A stretch of DNA of 62,961 nucleotides, counting the filler, from Octopus bimaculoides (Eukaryota), in assembly GCF_001194135.2 (NCBI RefSeq). It is 6 parts of 4 records of this genome, joined end to end, with 100 filler letters (N's around TTAATTAATTAA, not from the genome) between each part and the next. Parts side by side here need not be neighbours in the genome. Positions count along the whole stretch, not along the records: positions 42,338 to 57,065 come from NC_068985.1; positions 57,166 to 60,257 come from NC_068996.1; positions 60,358 to 62,961 come from NC_068996.1; 3 more parts are not named here. One strand, written 5' to 3'. Numbering within the stretch: the first letter of the stretch is position 1; the number at the start of each line of letters is the position of its first letter. The position numbers were made by a program, and so were the translations under genes. This document shows, in pieces, positions 50,001 through 62,589 of this stretch. Below the pieces are notes generated by a model. It worked only from the letters and a program-made list of their open reading frames with translations, ran no database searches and was not told where the DNA came from.

Positions 50001-51553
50001 CAAAGTTTAATTTTGACTCCATGTTTTAGGCTTCTGTTCTGCTGAATGTGACTTTCTTCGTCCGTCTCATTGCATTCTTCTGCCTGTATCTTAGGGATTT
50101 CTACCCTAGATGACATTTAGTTTTACCTTCTCTGTTAAGCTTACTGTCATGATCATAGTCTCCTGTAATTCTGGTATTACTCAAGCCTGTTGAGTATATA
50201 CTGTTCATAGTACGCGAAGGCAACTTCAAGTAACGTCTTACAACCTTTGATTGCCTCATTCATCCTTTCTTCTGAACATCCTGTCCATGTCTTTGTATGA
50301 GTACCGGATTTGTACTAGTAAGGTGGCATCAAATTTTGGAAGGAATGCAAAAATTTAAAAAAAAAAAGGAAAAAAAAAAGAAAAGCATCCAAGAGCAAAA
50401 TTTCTATTTCTGAATTTCTATTCTTCTTGCATGCTCATAATTTCTGACTGTATTTAAGACCAACTTATTAGCATATAAATTACAACTATTTGTGTGTTTT
50501 TACTTTTAATATACAAAGCATTAGCTATTACACCGGTAACGAATTTTTGTAACTTAACATTTATTCTAAGAACGTGTGAAGGAAATAAGTTATTAAAATA
50601 AGTATTTGGAATTATTTTGTTTTGAAGTGAGTTTGATCGCTTAAGTTGTTATTAATCTTGACATTTTTCAGATATAAAGTTTTATGGTAATTTAATATTT
50701 CATAATTCAAAAATTATAACTCACTAGCAAGAATTCTCAACATTCTTCTTCATTTTTCTCTAAAAATAATTCATAAAAAATGTTTCCCAACGTGTTATAA
50801 TTTTTATGAATATTAAAGAAAAAAAGAATGTTGAGAAATCTTTAACTATTATTCAATAGTAACTCTATGTAAAAAAAACTGGGAAAAATATACTTTCAGA
50901 TTATCTCCAAAAGAATGTAGTTATACTATAATCCCTAAATACTTACCAATTATGTTTTTTGTTTTTTATATTTTAATTTCAAATATAGATTTTTGCCTCT
51001 ATATATTGATTAAAAAAATTTCTTTTCTCTCAGTTTGATCGACATCCATTAATTATTAACGATTTGAATGACTCACGAATCTATAAATGATGCAAATAAG
51101 TAATTTACAAAATTCAGTCAGGTTAAGCTAAGTACCAACGTGTTGTTGTTTTAGTTGCACTTAATTCAAATTAAAACTTTAATTGAAAACTTTAATATTG
51201 ATTCAATTAATTAAATTCTGAGAATAAGATATTGGTAGGTGATAACAAAGATACTGCATTATTTATCAAACAAATTTTCCTCTTAATATGAAATTTAACC
51301 TTGACGTTTGACCTAATATGGATGCCAGTGGCTAAGCACAAGCCATTCGACTGATTGGGAAAATTAAATCTTAGCCTTTTAATTATTATAGGCATTTTGC
51401 AACATTAAAGGAATGCTTCATAAAAACGAAATAACCGAACTGATGATTAAAAGACTACTTATATTTCTTTGCACTGAACACTTAACATGGAAGAATATGG
51501 TAACTGGGTTCTGGCACATGGCTTCCCAGAGGAGCAATTTCTTATTACTTCAG

Positions 51554-51625
51554 TTTCACCTTAACCCATGATAATTGCAATCAGGTTATTGAGAAGGAAG
51601 ATGGAGTAAAAATTTATCATTTTAT
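51554..51625 (+). CDS. Candidate 72-bp internal exon (unverified)
   Basis: TTTCTTATTACTTCAG acceptor, open frame xFTLTHDNCNQVIEKEDGVKIYHF, AT|GTAAGT donor, in non-repeat DNA; no homology recognised. Confidence 0.25.
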
Positions 51626-51799
51626 GTAAGTCAGAGAGATGGATGTGTACAGTTCAATGGTTATAAGAAATGGGGTCCAGGCTGTGTTGAAAGATAATAT
51701 GAAATTGATTTTCGATTGACAGGCAGTAGGTTAAACTCATTAGATTAGAGTTGATCGGAGGGAAGCGGGTCAAATAAATAAATAAATAAATAAATCTTT

Positions 51800-51999
51800 T
51801 AACGTTTATCTTTTACATGTCTCAGTTAGAAGACTGCAGCTATGCTAGAGCCCCACCTTGAAAAATTTTAGTTGAACGAATCGACCCCAATACTTAGATT
51901 TTTATAAAGCCTGGTACTTATTTTATCCATCACTTTTGCCAAACTACTAAGTTATGGAGACGTAAACAACGACACTGGTTGTCAAGTGGTGGAGGCAGG

Positions 52000-52063
<64 letters not shown>

Positions 52064-52185
52064 TTGTGTATACGACAGGCTTCTTTCAGTTCCCCTTTGC
52101 CAAATCCACTCACAGTCTTTGGTCTGCCCGAGACTACATAGTAAAAGGTACTTGCCCAAGGTTCCAAGAAGTGGGACTGAATTTT
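51800..52185 (-). mobile_element. SINE family A
   Basis: Tail, (CA)n and CORE-like part in minus orientation. Confidence 0.75.
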
Positions 52186-52599
52186 TAATATGAATAAAGA
52201 AAGAAAGAAAGAAAGGAAGGATGGAAAGAAGGAAGGAAGGAAGGAAAGAAAGAAGGAAGGAAAGAAAGGAAGGAAAGTGTTGTGTCGATGCCCTCAGGCG
52301 AAGAGGTAGGATCTCCCAAGACATATAAATAGAGGTAGTCTGGCCGAGGTAGGTGTGTTAAGTAGCAGTCAAGTAGCGGTTGAGTAGAGATCATCCGAAG
52401 GTGCTAGATAGCAGTAGCTTTGAGACATAACAGAAAGAAAGAAAGAAGGGAAGAAAAAAGGAAAGAAAGAAAGAAAAGTAAAGGTGTGATAAACGGGTGT
52501 CAGAATGGGGTTGATAGTTCAAAGTGAAGGTTTGAGAAATACAAAAGGGCTTGTGGGGTCACACAAAGATACCCTCTTTATAAATACTCTATTCCTAGC

Positions 52600-52800
52600 T
52601 GCTATTCTTCATCCCTTCTTTTGTAGGTGAATTCTGTTGACACAGTCAAGACAAAGGTATATAAAGGGTGAATTTTACTGTTATTTATAATTTGAAATGT
52701 CTTAAATGAAGGTGTTATGTAAGAGATGAATTCTTTTTCTCTCTTGCATAAATTATCCGGATCATGTATATTAAATGCTTTCAAAATATCAGTGCTTGTT
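52600..52800 (-). pseudogene. Possible C-terminal piece of a PLE GIY-YIG endonuclease
   Basis: ILKAFNIHDPDNLCKREKEFISYITPSF resembles the R..RE..FI....P.LN terminus. Confidence 0.4.
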
Positions 52801-52809
52801 TTAAACTCC

Positions 52810-53215
52810 ACTAAGTTACAGGGATGTAAACACACCAGTACTGGTTGTCAAGTGGTGATGTGGTGGATGAACACAGACGCAAAGACATGCACGCGCACAC
52901 GCACACATGCGTGCACGCACGCACACACACACACACACACACAGAAACACACACATGCGCACACATATATATGAATGAATATGTGTGTGTCTTTGTTGTG
53001 TCTGTGTTCGTCCCCACATCACCACTTGACAACTGGTGCTGGTGTATTTACATATACGACGGGCTTCTTTTAGTTTCCATCTACCGAATCCACTCACAAG
53101 GCCTTGGCCGGCCTGTGGCTATAGTAGAAGATACTTGCCCAAGGCGCCATGTAGTGGGACTGAACCCAGAACCATGTGGTTGGGAAACAAGCTTCTTACT
53201 CCACAGCCACACATG
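52810..53215 (-). mobile_element. SINE family A with an internal inverted duplication
   Basis: 52824-52886 and 52989-53053 are reverse complements; head at 53055-53215. Confidence 0.8.
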
Positions 53216-53885
53216 CACCTATATATATGCTTGTGTGTATGTGCGTGTGTACGTGTGTGTGTATATATGTATATATGTGTGTGTGTGTGTGAATATATGT
53301 GTGTGTGTGTGTGAATATATATGTGTGTGTGTGTGTGTGTATAAAATTCCTGTCTCCTTTTACATCTAATTTTTTACTCTTATCCATCTCCTGTATCAAA
53401 CCGTCACTCTCATCTTCTATATGATATTCCGGATTTATCTACATGTTTTTGTCAATCTATTTTCGTCTCTCACACTGTCTATATACTTATTCTTCCTGCT
53501 CCCTCTCTTTCTATCAAACTTACACTTTATGCCATCTTCCCTTTCCCGCCCACCCTCTTTTATCTCTGTTTTCCTTATCTAACCTCTCACTTTTTATTAT
53601 TACACTCCCATTTCCCCATTTCCATCACACCCTCTTATCACACCTTTCATATTACTTTCTCAGTTTAAATATTTCATTCAGTTCTTTCAGTGTTTATTTC
53701 CTTCTCTTTATTTTCTTCTTTATTTTCTCTTGAGTTTTTTTAATAATTGATCAACTTATTTAATTACCAGCACACACACGTACGCTCACACGCACACACA
53801 CGTACATACACACACATATATATTAATGTATATGCATGTATATGTAAATATGTACGTACGCGCACAGTCACATACACTCATACTC

Positions 53886-53941
<56 letters not shown>

Positions 53942-54284
53942 NNNNNNNNNNNNNNNNNNNNNNNNNNNNNNNNNNNNNNNNNNNNNNNNNNNNNNNNNNN
54001 NNNNNNNNNNNNNNNNNNNNNNNNNNNNNNNNNNNNNNNNNNNNNNNNNNNNNNNNNNNNNNNNNNNNNNNNNNNNNNNNNNNNNNNNNNNNNNNNNNNN
54101 NNNNNNNNNNNNNNNNNNNNNNNNNNNNNNNNNNNNNNNNNNNNNNNNNNNNNNNNNNNNNNNNNNNNNNNNNNNNNNNNNNNNNNNNNNNNNNNNNNNN
54201 NNNNNNNNNNNNNNNNNNNNNNNNNNNNNNNNNNNNNNNNNNNCACAAAAAATTGAAAATAAACAGAAAGTAGTAGTAGTGGCG

Positions 54285-54334
<50 letters not shown>

Positions 54335-55424
54335 TGTAGTAGCAGTGGTAGTAGCAGTGGTGATGGTGGTGGTGGTGGGGGTTTAGTCGTTGTCGTAGTA
54401 GTAGTAACTACAACAAGAAGAATGATCAACAAAAACAACTGTAATAATTTCTTTATTTTGCCAGAAGAGCAATGAATCAGGGAACATTAGAAAAACAGCT
54501 AATAAATAAAGATATTAAAGTTTATTAGAATAAGAATAAGGATAAGCATAATTTCTTCTTTGCTTTTTTTTTTATAGTAGAAGGCATTTTTTTTTTAATC
54601 TACAAATCACCAAAAGTGTACTTAGGTCTATGCTACATTTAATGTTACGTTCATCATCTCAATACTGACAACAAATTATTGAATTAATTGCGTAATATGC
54701 GTAAAATACAAAAAAAACTTATGGGTTCAATTATTTCTGAAGAATCTATTTTGCCCATCACTGCATCAAAAGAAATAGTCGTTTTCCTTTACTAATACTG
54801 TGTTATTGAATGGAAGTAACGAACTTCTTGATTCATTACTTTCCTTCTATACTGCTCTATGGATTTATTAAAAAAAAGATTTAATTCATTTGAAATGAGA
54901 ATGGGTAGACTTTATCCTACTGAAAGTTATGAGCTAATAGGTCTTTATATTTTATGTGAAATACATAATAAATTCAATAAATTACAATGTGAATGATAGC
55001 TTGGTGACAGAATTATTAGTATATATAACATGAAGGCTCAATGATTAGAAGACTTCAGAAAATGTCAGAGATATTTAAAGACATAGATCTAAAAATGCTG
55101 TATGTATTACCTTGCACGTTATAATTTTTTTCGATGTTGCTTTTAATTTAGAAACCAAATAAAAAGATAGAAATATAGATTATAATCTTCCTTGTGTTTT
55201 ATAAATGATTTGGTTATGATTATTGGCTTTCATTTACCAAGAATTTTATAAACACAAAATACTTGATAAACATTTCTTCTTTTGACGAAGCAGTTCAGTT
55301 CCTTACTATGATGAAGCATTGATACACATTGTTTTTTTATGAAAAGAAAAATTGAATTACAAGAAGAAAGAGGAGGAGGAAATGGCAATGGCAAAAGTGA
55401 TGATAATGATGATATTCTTGAATA

Positions 55425-55466
<42 letters not shown>

Positions 55467-55529
55467 CATTATCATCATCATGATCGGTATCCTCATCATT
55501 TTAATATTCTTTTTTCCACACTTACATAG

Positions 55530-55651
55530 GTAAAAAGGAATTTGTTGAGACAAATTTCTACTGCCATATGCCCTTTCTGTCACCATTCCTCATTTGTTTC
55601 CTCATAATGGAACATATTTCCATGGAAGATTGGCAACACGTGACACTGCTT
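55530..55651 (+). CDS. Candidate exon (unverified)
   Basis: TTCTTTTTTCCACACTTACATAG acceptor, open frame KKEFVETNFYCHMPFLSPFLICFLIMEHISMEDWQHVTLL, TT|GTAAGA donor. Confidence 0.2.
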
Positions 55652-56444
55652 GTAAGACAGTAAGACTCATTTACAGCTATTTTGTGATAAGTCACAAAAT
55701 GCTAGAAAAACCTGCTCATAACAACACATTTCTCCGAACTCCTAGATTATTTTCCCTCTTCTATTTGAAAAGAGGCATCTTTCCCGAAGTATCATAGGAT
55801 CATTACACAATCAAGGTAAGGTTATACAATGGCTTTCCTTTTTGTTTTTATTCATTGATATCACCTTACATATTTTTCCTACTTTCTTACCTGCATTGCT
55901 CAAAGGATTTTTGAAACTTATATTTCATTTACGTATATTGCAACACTTCAAGCAAATTACAATATTCTTTTAAAGAAATCTTGTTCACATATAGCTATGA
56001 AACTTTACAGCCAATGTTTGACTTTTATCATGGAAACCACATCCACAAAAATTTAAAATGGCCTTTATACTCCAAGATAGTTTAAATAAGTATGATACAC
56101 TTATAAATAAAAAAGGTCAAAGATATAAAATAATGAAAGAATTTAACATAACACATTTTTTTCCCTTTTTTATATAGCCAAATAAATATGTAAAAAAAAA
56201 TTTTTATTGATGTTTATGTGAAATTCAGATTTAATGAAAAACTAATTTAGGATATCTACATTACCTGTACCAAAAATAGATAATAATCACTGCTTACAAA
56301 ATGATGATAAATGTAGCACTAACTAGATGGTTTTTTAAGAATGTTTTTTCATGTAACATCTACTTTATTGACAAATGGTTCTATGTTGCAGACTCTGATT
56401 TTAAACACTCTTATGATTTGTTCATTATTTACATTTGAAGGATA

Positions 56445-56564
56445 TTTATCCTCATCTTGTTTGTTAACACGTTTCAGCTGATAATATCCTCCAGCCTTCA
56501 TCAGGTGTCTTGGGAAAAACCTGGGTTCTCATTCCTAAGATATTTTTCAATGTTATTATTGTTG

Positions 56565-56575
<11 letters not shown>
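56445..56575 (-). mobile_element. Penelope-terminal hammerhead module (same family as 49124), degenerate cleavage site
   Basis: Minus strand: ACAC-CTGATGA-A-GGCTG...CAGCT-GAAA-CGTGTT-AACAAACAAGATGAGG; abuts (TTA)n. Confidence 0.75.
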
Positions 56576-56598
<23 letters not shown>

Positions 56599-56671
56599 TA
56601 AATTCAAATTACGATAAACGTAAACAAACAAACGAAGTGTTGAGATGTCTTAGAAAGTTAAAGAAGCGATT

Positions 56672-56972
56672 TTAAATTCTCAAACGCAGGATAATGCTAA
56701 TAATATAGCCTGAACAGGATAAACTACCCCTATTTTGCAGAAAAAAGTGTAGGCGGCCAGCTATGAGACTCGAACTCACACTTCCGTGATTACGCGTCGC
56801 GGTGCTCTAACCGACTAAGCTAAACTACCCCGATTAGAGCACCGCGACGCATAATCACGGAGGTGTGAGTTTGAGTCACATAGCTCGCCGCCTACACTTT
56901 TTTCTACAAAACAGGGGTAGTTTATCCCGTTCAGGCTATATTATTAGCATTATTCTGCATTTGAGAATTTAA
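56672..56972. repeat. About 300-bp palindrome built around a tRNA-like sequence
   Basis: Arms of about 138 bp with a spacer of about 23 nt; minus strand 56830-56752 reads as a tRNA-like cloverleaf with A and B boxes. Confidence 0.88.
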
Positions 56973-57065
56973 TATCACATTATTATTATTATTATTATTA
57001 CTAAATTCAAATTACGATAAACGTAAACAAACAAACGAAGTGTTGAGATGTCTTAGAAAGTTAAA

Positions 57066-57165
57066 NNNNNNNNNNNNNNNNNNNNNNNNNNNNNNNNNNN
57101 NNNNNNNNNTTAATTAATTAANNNNNNNNNNNNNNNNNNNNNNNNNNNNNNNNNNNNNNNNNNNN
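57066..57165. other. Artificial scaffold join N44-TTAATTAATTAA-N44
   Basis: Same 100-nt block. Confidence 0.95.
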
Positions 57166-57249
57166 TAAAGGATATGACTGTGTTTGAGTGGAAGCGGTGG
57201 TAGAATTACCTGTGGTGGTGGCAATGGTGCGGAGGAGTGGATGCCGAGA

Positions 57250-57560
57250 GATTCTGTAACATTTTAACATTTTTGGGCAATTGTGATGTGAATAGTTGTT
57301 GAGCTTTATTTAAGGTGTTACGCTTGTGTATCCAACATAACAGTTTGAACCATGAAGTTTATAAATTTCGTGTTTACAATGAAATTTGATGTGCTACATT
57401 GCTTGTCTGAAGTACATTCTGTGGTGTGTTTTATTTGTGGTTCCAATTTGATGAGGAGTTTTACGTTCTGGTGTTGTTACAATACATTTGGTGAGTTTGT
57501 GGTTAGGTGTAGTACAAGTTTTGGTCTCTTTCGTATGAAATTTTGTAATTGATATAGTGC
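57250..57560 (-). pseudogene. Possible degraded PLE GIY-YIG region
   Basis: CTSDKQCSTSN, frameshift, HEIYKLHGSNCYVGYTSVTP*IKLNNY resembles C.TSNVIY...YVGQT...RLNNH. Confidence 0.35.
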
Positions 57561-57744
57561 AGGTGTGGCTGTGTGGTAAGAAGTTGGGCGAGTGTCTTCT
57601 AGGATAGCCTCGGGCTGAGCAGAGCTTGTGTGAGTAGATGTCATGAACAGAAACAGAACAAAGCCACTGTGTGTATGTGAGTTTGTGTGTGTGCGTGTGT
57701 GTGCGTGCGTGCATGTGTGTGTGTGTAGCAAGATAGATAGTTAA

Positions 57745-57980
57745 ATAAGGCGGTGAACTGGCAGAATCGTTAGCACGCCGGGCGAAATGTTTAGCGGTAT
57801 TTCGTCTGCCATTACGTTCTGAGTTCAAATTCCGCCGAAGTCGACTTTGCCTTTCATACTTTCAGGGTTGATAAATTAAATACCAGTTACGCACTGGGGT
57901 CGATGTAATCCACTTAATCCCTTTGTCTGTCCTTGTTTGTCCCCTCTATGTTTAGCCCCTTGTGGGCAATAAAGAAATAA
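57745..57980 (+). mobile_element. SINE family B, near-consensus full length
   Basis: GGCGGTGAACTGGCAGAATCGTTAGCACGCCGGGCG...GTCCCCTCTATGTTTAGCCCCTTGTGGGCAATAAAGAAAT. Confidence 0.92.
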
Positions 57981-58060
57981 GATAGATAGTTAGAGATAAA
58001 TTAATAGATAGATAGATAAATAGATAGATAGACAGATAGATAGATAGATAGATAGATACA

Positions 58061-58094
<34 letters not shown>

Positions 58095-58175
58095 CATAAA
58101 TAGATAGACAGACAGATAGACAGACTGACGATTAGATAGCTACATACATACATACATACATACATATATAGATAT

Positions 58176-58440
58176 GTATCTTTATTAACCACACAGGGCC
58201 AAACACAGAGGGGACAAAATACAATGTAGAGCTTTTCTTTTGAAGAGAGGAAAAGGAGAAAAATAAAATTTTGATCAAAAGGGATCGTGAAAAAAAAAAA
58301 AGCGCTGATCGAAAGGGATCATATATCACAGAAAATATTGTAAATGTGATAAAAAAGGGGAAACAGATTGGGTTTATCCATGGAAAGAAAAGCCTACGGA
58401 AAAGACCATTGTAACCTCGGGCAATAATGTCCTACAAAGA
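58176..58440 (-). mobile_element. 3' end of a non-SINE element (possible LINE 3' UTR) sharing the SINE B tail
   Basis: Minus strand ends TTTGTCCCCTCTGTGTTTGGCCCTGTGTGGTTAATAAAGA; upstream sequence is unrelated to SINE B. Confidence 0.5.
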
Positions 58441-58549
58441 CACATTAGAGTAAGTGACGCTCTTTTTGTTTTCTTTCTTTTTCTGGTTCATAGGATTATG
58501 CTCAAGGTGGCTTCATACATACATACATACATACATACATACATACATG

Positions 58550-58591
<42 letters not shown>

Positions 58592-59305
58592 TAGATAGAT
58601 AGATGGACAGACAGACAGACAGACAGACAGATAGATAGATAGATGGACAGACAGACAGACAGACAGACGTAGTGAATGCACATGGCCTAGTGTGATCAGG
58701 GTGTTGTACTCATGATCATGAGATTGCAGTTTCAATTCCCAAACCAGGCAGTGTATTGTGTTCTTGAGCAAAACACTTCATTTCTTTATGTTGGGCCAGT
58801 CCATGCAGCTGCAGATGGATCACCCTTCAAAAGATTGTCATATGACAGTGTGATGGTGACTCAGGAAAATCACAAGAACGGAGGATGTCTCATGAGCCAT
58901 GTTTTATATTCAGTGGTTGAAAGCATGAATAGCACAATCAGTACTGTGAATCTCAACTGGTTCGCTTGGTTGCTCAACCGTGTCAAAGACCAACCAATCA
59001 ATATCTATATGTATTTTTTGTATCTAAATATGTTGATGCAACAAAAATGATCACCAGTATTGTATGGTGTAAACAACAATTAAAGATGTGATTTTCTTTA
59101 TTCTTATTTTGTTGTTTTGTGTGTGTGTGTGTATGGTAAGAATCATGCTTCTCAACCACATGGTTCCAGGTTCAGTTCCTCTGTGTGGTCCCTTGGGTAA
59201 GTTTCTTCTACTATAGCCTCGGGCCAACCAAAGCCTTTGGACTTGGTAAATGGAAACTGAAAGAAGCTTGTTGTATATTGTCATCATCATCATAGTTTAA
59301 CAGTG

Positions 59306-59695
59306 GAGGCGCAATGGCCCAGTGGTTAGGGCAGCAGACTCGTGGTCATAGGATCGCGGTTTCGATTCCCAGACTGGGCGTTGTGAGTGTTTATTGAGCG
59401 AAAACACCTAAAGCTCCTCGAGGCTCCGGCAGGGGATGGTGGCAAACCCTGCTGTACTCTTTCACCACAACTTTCTCTCACTCTTACTTCCTGTTTCTGT
59501 TGTGCCTGTAATTCAAAGGGTCAGCTTTGTCACACTCTGTGTCACGCTGAATATCCCCGAGAACTACGTTAAGGGTACACTTGTCTGTGGAGTGCTCAGC
59601 CACTTGCACGTTAATTTCACGAGCAGGCTGTTCCATTGATCGGATCAACTGGAACCCTCGACGTCATAAGCGACAGAGTGCCAACAACAACAACA
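59306..59695 (+). mobile_element. SINE family C, full length
   Basis: GGAGGCGCAATGGCCCAGTGGTTAGGGCAGC...CGACAGAGTGCCAACAACAAC. Confidence 0.92.
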
Positions 59696-60257
59696 TAGTT
59701 TAACATCCATCTTCCATGCTTGTGTGGGTAGGACGGTTGACAGGAGCCAGCCAGGTAGAAAATCTACCCAAGGTTACTGTGTCTGTTTTGGCAGGGATTT
59801 TATGGTTGGATGCCCTTCCTAACGCCAACTGGACTCAGTGCTTTTTATGTGGTACTAGCACAGGCGAGGTTAGTTTTGGCAAGATTTTTACAGATGCCAA
59901 CCACAATACAGTGTGGAGTGGATACTTTTAACCTGGCACCAGCACTGGTAGGGTCACCATTTGTGTCAGAGGATGAAAGGTTAGAGTGTGACAAAGACAT
60001 AGAGAGGCAGAAGCAGGTGTCTTGCCACAACAGAGGGGACATTAGAGGAGGTGGTCCAAATCAAATAAGGAAAGCTTAGAGTGTGACAAAGAAATAGAGA
60101 GGCAGAAATAGGTGTCTTGCTTTATAGGAGGTACATGGTTACCCAGTGAGAGAGAGGGAGATATAGGGAGAGAGGTGCTAGAGCCTAAGAGAGAGATACA
60201 GAAAGAAGCCAGAAACAAGTGTGCTAATGTAAAGGTGATACTCATCATATATATATA

Positions 60258-60357
60258 NNNNNNNNNNNNNNNNNNNNNNNNNNNNNNNNNNNNNNNNNNN
60301 NTTAATTAATTAANNNNNNNNNNNNNNNNNNNNNNNNNNNNNNNNNNNNNNNNNNNN
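60258..60357. other. Artificial scaffold join N44-TTAATTAATTAA-N44
   Basis: Same 100-nt block. Confidence 0.95.
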
Positions 60358-60405
<48 letters not shown>

Positions 60406-60519
60406 ATATATATATTCATCCATGGTTTACCACATAGAATTATGATGAACCATAACTTGGGACCCTGCCACGAGATTACCTGGAGTCCTTCACTAACCTA
60501 AGTAATATTCATTATAAAC

Positions 60520-60940
60520 ATTATTTACATTGAACGGATATGTATCCTCATCTTGTTTGTTGATACCACAACGTTTGGGCAATTATAGAGTGAATTTTTA
60601 AAGTAGATAAGCCTAGTATTTTATCTTTTCTTAATACTGGTTCCCATATTCTGCTCATATCTGCACTCGGTCTGCTTACGAAATTATTGTGTCCTAGCAT
60701 ATGTGCTGCTTCTTTTAGTTTTCGTATTTTCCATTGGTTTTCTCTGTCTATTATTTTAACTTCATCCAACAGGGGGAGGTGGTCTCCATTTTTTCCATAC
60801 ATGATCAGCTATACCTGATTTATCAATATCTCCCCGTGTCACAGCTTTACGATGTTCCTCTACCCTTATTTTGAGTGGGCGATATGTTTCGCCCTTGTAT
60901 AACCTTTGTATAAATTCGGACGAAGGATACAATGGTTGCA
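60520..60940 (-). mobile_element. 3' end of a Penelope/Poseidon-like element (GIY-YIG plus 3' terminal module)
   Basis: LYKGETYRPLKIRVEEHRKAVTRGDIDKSGIADHVW / GDHLPLLDEVKIIDRENQWKIRKLKEAAHM...SRPSADMSRIWEPVL; followed by AAACGTTGTGG..AACAAACAAGATGAGG. Confidence 0.88.
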
Positions 60941-61019
60941 TACACACATACATATCTATCTATCTATCTATATATATATATATATCTATATATATACACA
61001 CATATGTCTTTTTCTCTCC

Positions 61020-61052
<33 letters not shown>

Positions 61053-61148
61053 GATATATATATAGAGAGAGAGAGAGAAAGAAAGAGAAAGAGAGAAGAA
61101 AGAGAGACAAAAAAGAAATAACCGTATGCATTCATATGTTTGGGCCTG

Positions 61149-61212
<64 letters not shown>

Positions 61213-62252
61213 AACATACATACATACATATGTATATGATCAGTCTTCAAATAGTCCTTACATATTTTTGTACTTCTGACAGTTCTTATTTAACTGCACA
61301 GTAGCAAACCATACTGTTTTCAACAACTCTGTTATGCATATGCACGTATGAGCGAGAGTTTATGTGGAGCTTTATAGATAATCTTACAACTTGCCTAAGT
61401 GTTTCATTTAATCAATAAATCTGTATAGTCTTACCTTTCCCTACGTACATATATATAAGTATATATATATATATATATATNNNNNNNNNNNNNNNNNNNN
61501 NNNNNNNNNNNNNNNNNNNNNNNNNNNNNNNNNNNNNNNNNNNNNNNNNNNNNNNNNNNNNNNNNNNNNNNNNNNNNNNNNNNNNNNNNNNNNNNNNNNN
61601 NNNNNNNNNNNNNNNNNNNNNNNNNNNNNNNNNNNNNNNNNNNNNNNNNNNNNNNNNNNNNNNNNNNNNNNNNNNNNNNNNNNNNNNNNNNNNNNNNNNN
61701 NNNNNNNNNNNNNNNNNNNNNNNNNNNNNNNNNNNNNNNNNNNNNNNNNNNNNNNNNNNNNNNNNNNNNNNNNNNNNNNNNNNNNNNNNNNNNNNNNNNN
61801 NNNNNNNNNNNNNNNNNNNNNNNNNNNNNNNNNNNNNNNNNNNNNNNNNNNNNNNNNNNNNNNNNNNNNNNNNNNNNNNNNNNNNNNNNNNNNNNNNNNN
61901 NNNNNNNNNNNNNNNNNNNNNNNNNNNNNNNNNNNNNNNNNNNNNNNNNNNNNNNNNNNNNNNNNNNNNNNNNNNNNNNNNNNNNNNNNNNNNNNNNNNN
62001 NNNNNNNNNNNNNNNNNNNNNNNNNNNNNNNNNNNNNNNNNNNNNNNNNNNNNNNNNNNNNNNNNNNNNNNNNNNNNNNNNNNNNNNNNNNNNNNNNNNN
62101 NNNNNNNNNNNNNNNNNNNNNNNNNNNNNNNNNNNNNNNNNNNNNNNNNNNNNNNNNNNNNNNNNNNNNNNNNNNNNNNNNNNNNNNNNNNNNNNNNNNN
62201 NNNNNNNNNNNNNNNNNNNNNNNNNNNNNNNNNNNNNNNNNNNNNNNNNNNN

Positions 62253-62295
<43 letters not shown>

Positions 62296-62589
62296 CATAC
62301 ATATACATATATTCGTCAAGCAAATGAAGAAAAATTATTGTTCTACAGCTTTTAATCGGCGACGATTTAATGAATAATCAGAAGAATGTTTTATATCAAT
62401 CAGCATAATGGGTTGAATATAGAAATTATGGAAGTTTATGCTATATTATATGAAGGCTGCACTAATCATTTCATGAGACAAATTTGCAAAGGTAACACCG
62501 AACTATACATTATGTATATATCAGAGACAGATATTTTCTGTATAGAATGCACTTCGTAGTGCTCAAGAGATTTAAACTTGATCAGGTAG

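Noticed and set aside
55575-55651. ISMEDWQHV as an ion-channel pore-loop motif
   Set aside because: Spacing to the upstream NF motif does not fit Cav/Nav P-loops; chance similarity is likely
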